Source of the DNA: an uncultured archaeon
GTDB lineage: Archaea; Asgardarchaeota; Lokiarchaeia; Sigyniarchaeales; SOKP01
Assembly: GCA_964486045.1 (NCBI GenBank)
Contig: CAZALK010000002.1
Coordinates: 192,001-256,000 of the forward strand
Reading direction: 5' to 3'
DNA: 64,000 nt
Position 1 is the first letter of the stretch; each line of letters begins with the position of its first letter. This document shows positions 62,191-64,000 of the stretch, piece after piece. The notes under the pieces were generated by a model. It was not told the DNA's origin and made no database searches. It worked only from the letters and a program-made list of their open reading frames with translations. The position numbers were made by a program, and so were the translations under genes.

Positions 62191-63528
62191 GTGACAAAAA
62201 AGAAAGTAATAATAATTGGCGCATTAGGTTACGATTTCCACTTGTTTAATACAGTATTCAGAGATAACGAGGAATATGAAGTAGTAGCCTTTACAATTGC
62301 AGTTGAACAAAATGTCGGGACAATAGAAGGGGCAGAACGAAGATTTCCCACTGAACTTTCAGGAAAAATCTATCCCGAAGGAATACCTATGATTTCAGAA
62401 GAATTACTTGAAGATATAATTAAAGAAAAAGAAATTGATGAAGTAATATTTGCATATTCAGATGTTTCTCATGACGATGTGATGCATAAAGCGTCGAGAG
62501 CTCTTAGGGCAGGTGCAGATTTTCGCTTAGTCTCTGGAAAATTTACACAAATAAAAGCAAATAAACCTGTCGTAGCAATTTGTGCTGTAAGAACAGGTTG
62601 TGGAAAAAGTCAAGTTTCTAGAGCAACTTATAGATATTTAAAAAGTAAAGGTTATAAAGTAGTTGCTATACGAGAACCTATGCCTTATGGGGATTTAATT
62701 AAACAAAATATAATGAGATTTGAAAAATATGAAGACTTAGATAAACATAATTGCACTATTGAGGAACGAGAGGAATATGAGCCATACATTGAGCAAGGTT
62801 TAATTATCTATTCAGGAATTGATTATGAGAAAATCATTAGAGAAGCTGAGAAAGAAGCAGATATTATTATTTTTGATGGTGGAAATAATGAAATTTCTTT
62901 CTATGTACCTGATTTATTGTTTATAGTTGTAGATCCTTTAAGACCGGGTCATGAAATGAAGTATCATCCAGGTGAAGTCAATGCTCGATATGCTGATGCA
63001 TTTGTAATTAATAAAATGAATAGTGCTAAGCCTGAAGATGTAAAGACTGTAGAAAATAATTTAGATGAACTAAATCCTATGGCTACAAAGATATATACAA
63101 ATTCTATAGTTACAATTGAAGGTAATCATGAAATAAAAGGCAAAAAAGTCATCGTTGTGGAGGATGGTCCCACCCTAACACATGGAAACATGTCTTATGG
63201 GGCAGGATATGTTGCTGCCATTAATAGTGGAGCTATAGTAGTGGATCCAAGACCTTATTTATCAGGTACAATGAAGACTGTCTTTGAAGAATTTCCACAA
63301 ATTACTGAAATTATTCCAGCAATGGGGTATAATGATCAACAAATAAAGGATATGGAAGACACACTAAACAAAGTAGATGCTGAAATTATAATAGATGGAA
63401 GCCCAATAGACCTTGAAAAACTTATAAAGAGTAATAAACCAATTGTCAGAGTTAGCTACGATATCGAAGCTTTAAAGAGTCCAACAATAGAAGAAATTTT
63501 AGATCAATTTATCAAAAAGCATCTTTAA
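62191..63528 (+). CDS. COG2403 P-loop protein (cyclic 2,3-diphosphoglycerate synthase-like / arginine synthetase-like)
   Basis: DFHxFN, FAYSD, AVRTGCGKSQ, PMPYGDL, TIEEREEYE, DGGNN, EDGPTLTHG, PAMGY. Confidence 0.85.
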   Translation: MTKKKVIIIGALGYDFHLFNTVFRDNEEYEVVAFTIAVEQNVGTIEGAERRFPTELSGKIYPEGIPMISEELLEDIIKEKEIDEVIFAYSDVSHDDVMHKASRALRAGADFRLVSGKFTQIKANKPVVAICAVRTGCGKSQVSRATYRYLKSKGYKVVAIREPMPYGDLIKQNIMRFEKYEDLDKHNCTIEEREEYEPYIEQGLIIYSGIDYEKIIREAEKEADIIIFDGGNNEISFYVPDLLFIVVDPLRPGHEMKYHPGEVNARYADAFVINKMNSAKPEDVKTVENNLDELNPMATKIYTNSIVTIEGNHEIKGKKVIVVEDGPTLTHGNMSYGAGYVAAINSGAIVVDPRPYLSGTMKTVFEEFPQITEIIPAMGYNDQQIKDMEDTLNKVDAEIIIDGSPIDLEKLIKSNKPIVRVSYDIEALKSPTIEEILDQFIKKHL

Positions 63529-63646
63529 AAGCAATATTATTATAATTATCAGAGGTAGAATTCATAAGAAATGTTTTTCTTTTTACTTAAAAAGATTTCA
63601 TGACAAGTTTTTTTTCACATTCAATATACATACATAAATAGAGTGA

Positions 63647-64000
63647 ATGTTCATGATTTTAGCAGAAAGGAGATATGAACTTCAAGATGTCAAAAAAGGC
63701 TATGTGAATCGAACCTTATATATCAATCTTTCAAATAATGAAATTATTATTAAACCTGTTTCGGATGGGATGAAAGAGAAGTTTATAGGTGGAAAAGGTT
63801 TTGATCTGTGGCTTATGTGGAATGCCCTTCCAAAAGATAGAATAGTAAAATGGAATGATCCTATCAACGAAATTTGTATCGCGTCTGGTCCATTAGGAGG
63901 AAGTATATTTTATCCAGGATCAGGTAAAAGTATAGTAACTTCGATTTCTCCACTAACCGGGATAGTTATTGATAGTAATGTGGGGGGCTATTTTGGCCCT
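63647..64000 (+). CDS. Aldehyde:ferredoxin oxidoreductase family, N-terminal part (runs off window)
   Basis: Manual translation ...GYVNRTLYINLS...KFIGGKG...GPLGG...SPLTGIVIDSNVGGYFGP. Not in the ORF track because there is no stop. Confidence 0.9.
   Translation, partial: MFMILAERRYELQDVKKGYVNRTLYINLSNNEIIIKPVSDGMKEKFIGGKGFDLWLMWNALPKDRIVKWNDPINEICIASGPLGGSIFYPGSGKSIVTSISPLTGIVIDSNVGGYFGP

Noticed and set aside
1-64000. rRNA, tRNA (including tRNA-Sec), CRISPR arrays, transposases or integrases
   Set aside because: No GC-rich structural-RNA blocks, regular repeat-spacer pattern or recombinase motifs were seen by eye.

Overview
AT-rich archaeal window that reads as Asgard (Lokiarchaeia-like). 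This rests on archaeal PEP carboxylase, aSelBL, a gelsolin-domain protein, Ig-repeat surface protein, three SCP2 proteins and a eukaryote-type SECIS; the taxon is inferred, not searched. Dominant theme: almost the whole citric-acid cycle lies within about 57 kb (two aconitases, citrate synthase, fumarase, SdhAB/FrdAB, a 2-oxoacid:ferredoxin oxidoreductase, SucCD, two-subunit ATP-citrate lyase, IDH, PpcA). There is no canonical malate dehydrogenase, but an FMN alpha-hydroxy-acid dehydrogenase sits 16 nt behind fumC. The ORF track misses a peroxiredoxin-like selenoprotein (13650-14165, in-frame TGA in a U-x-x-C motif) followed by a eukaryote-like SECIS in the 3' UTR. Also present: glycoside hydrolases, a thiolase/DUF35/SCP2 lipid cluster, three toxin-antitoxin pairs, apparent ATA start codons, several gene remnants, and partial genes at both ends. 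No rRNA, tRNA, CRISPR array or transposase was seen. All calls are by motif recognition only.
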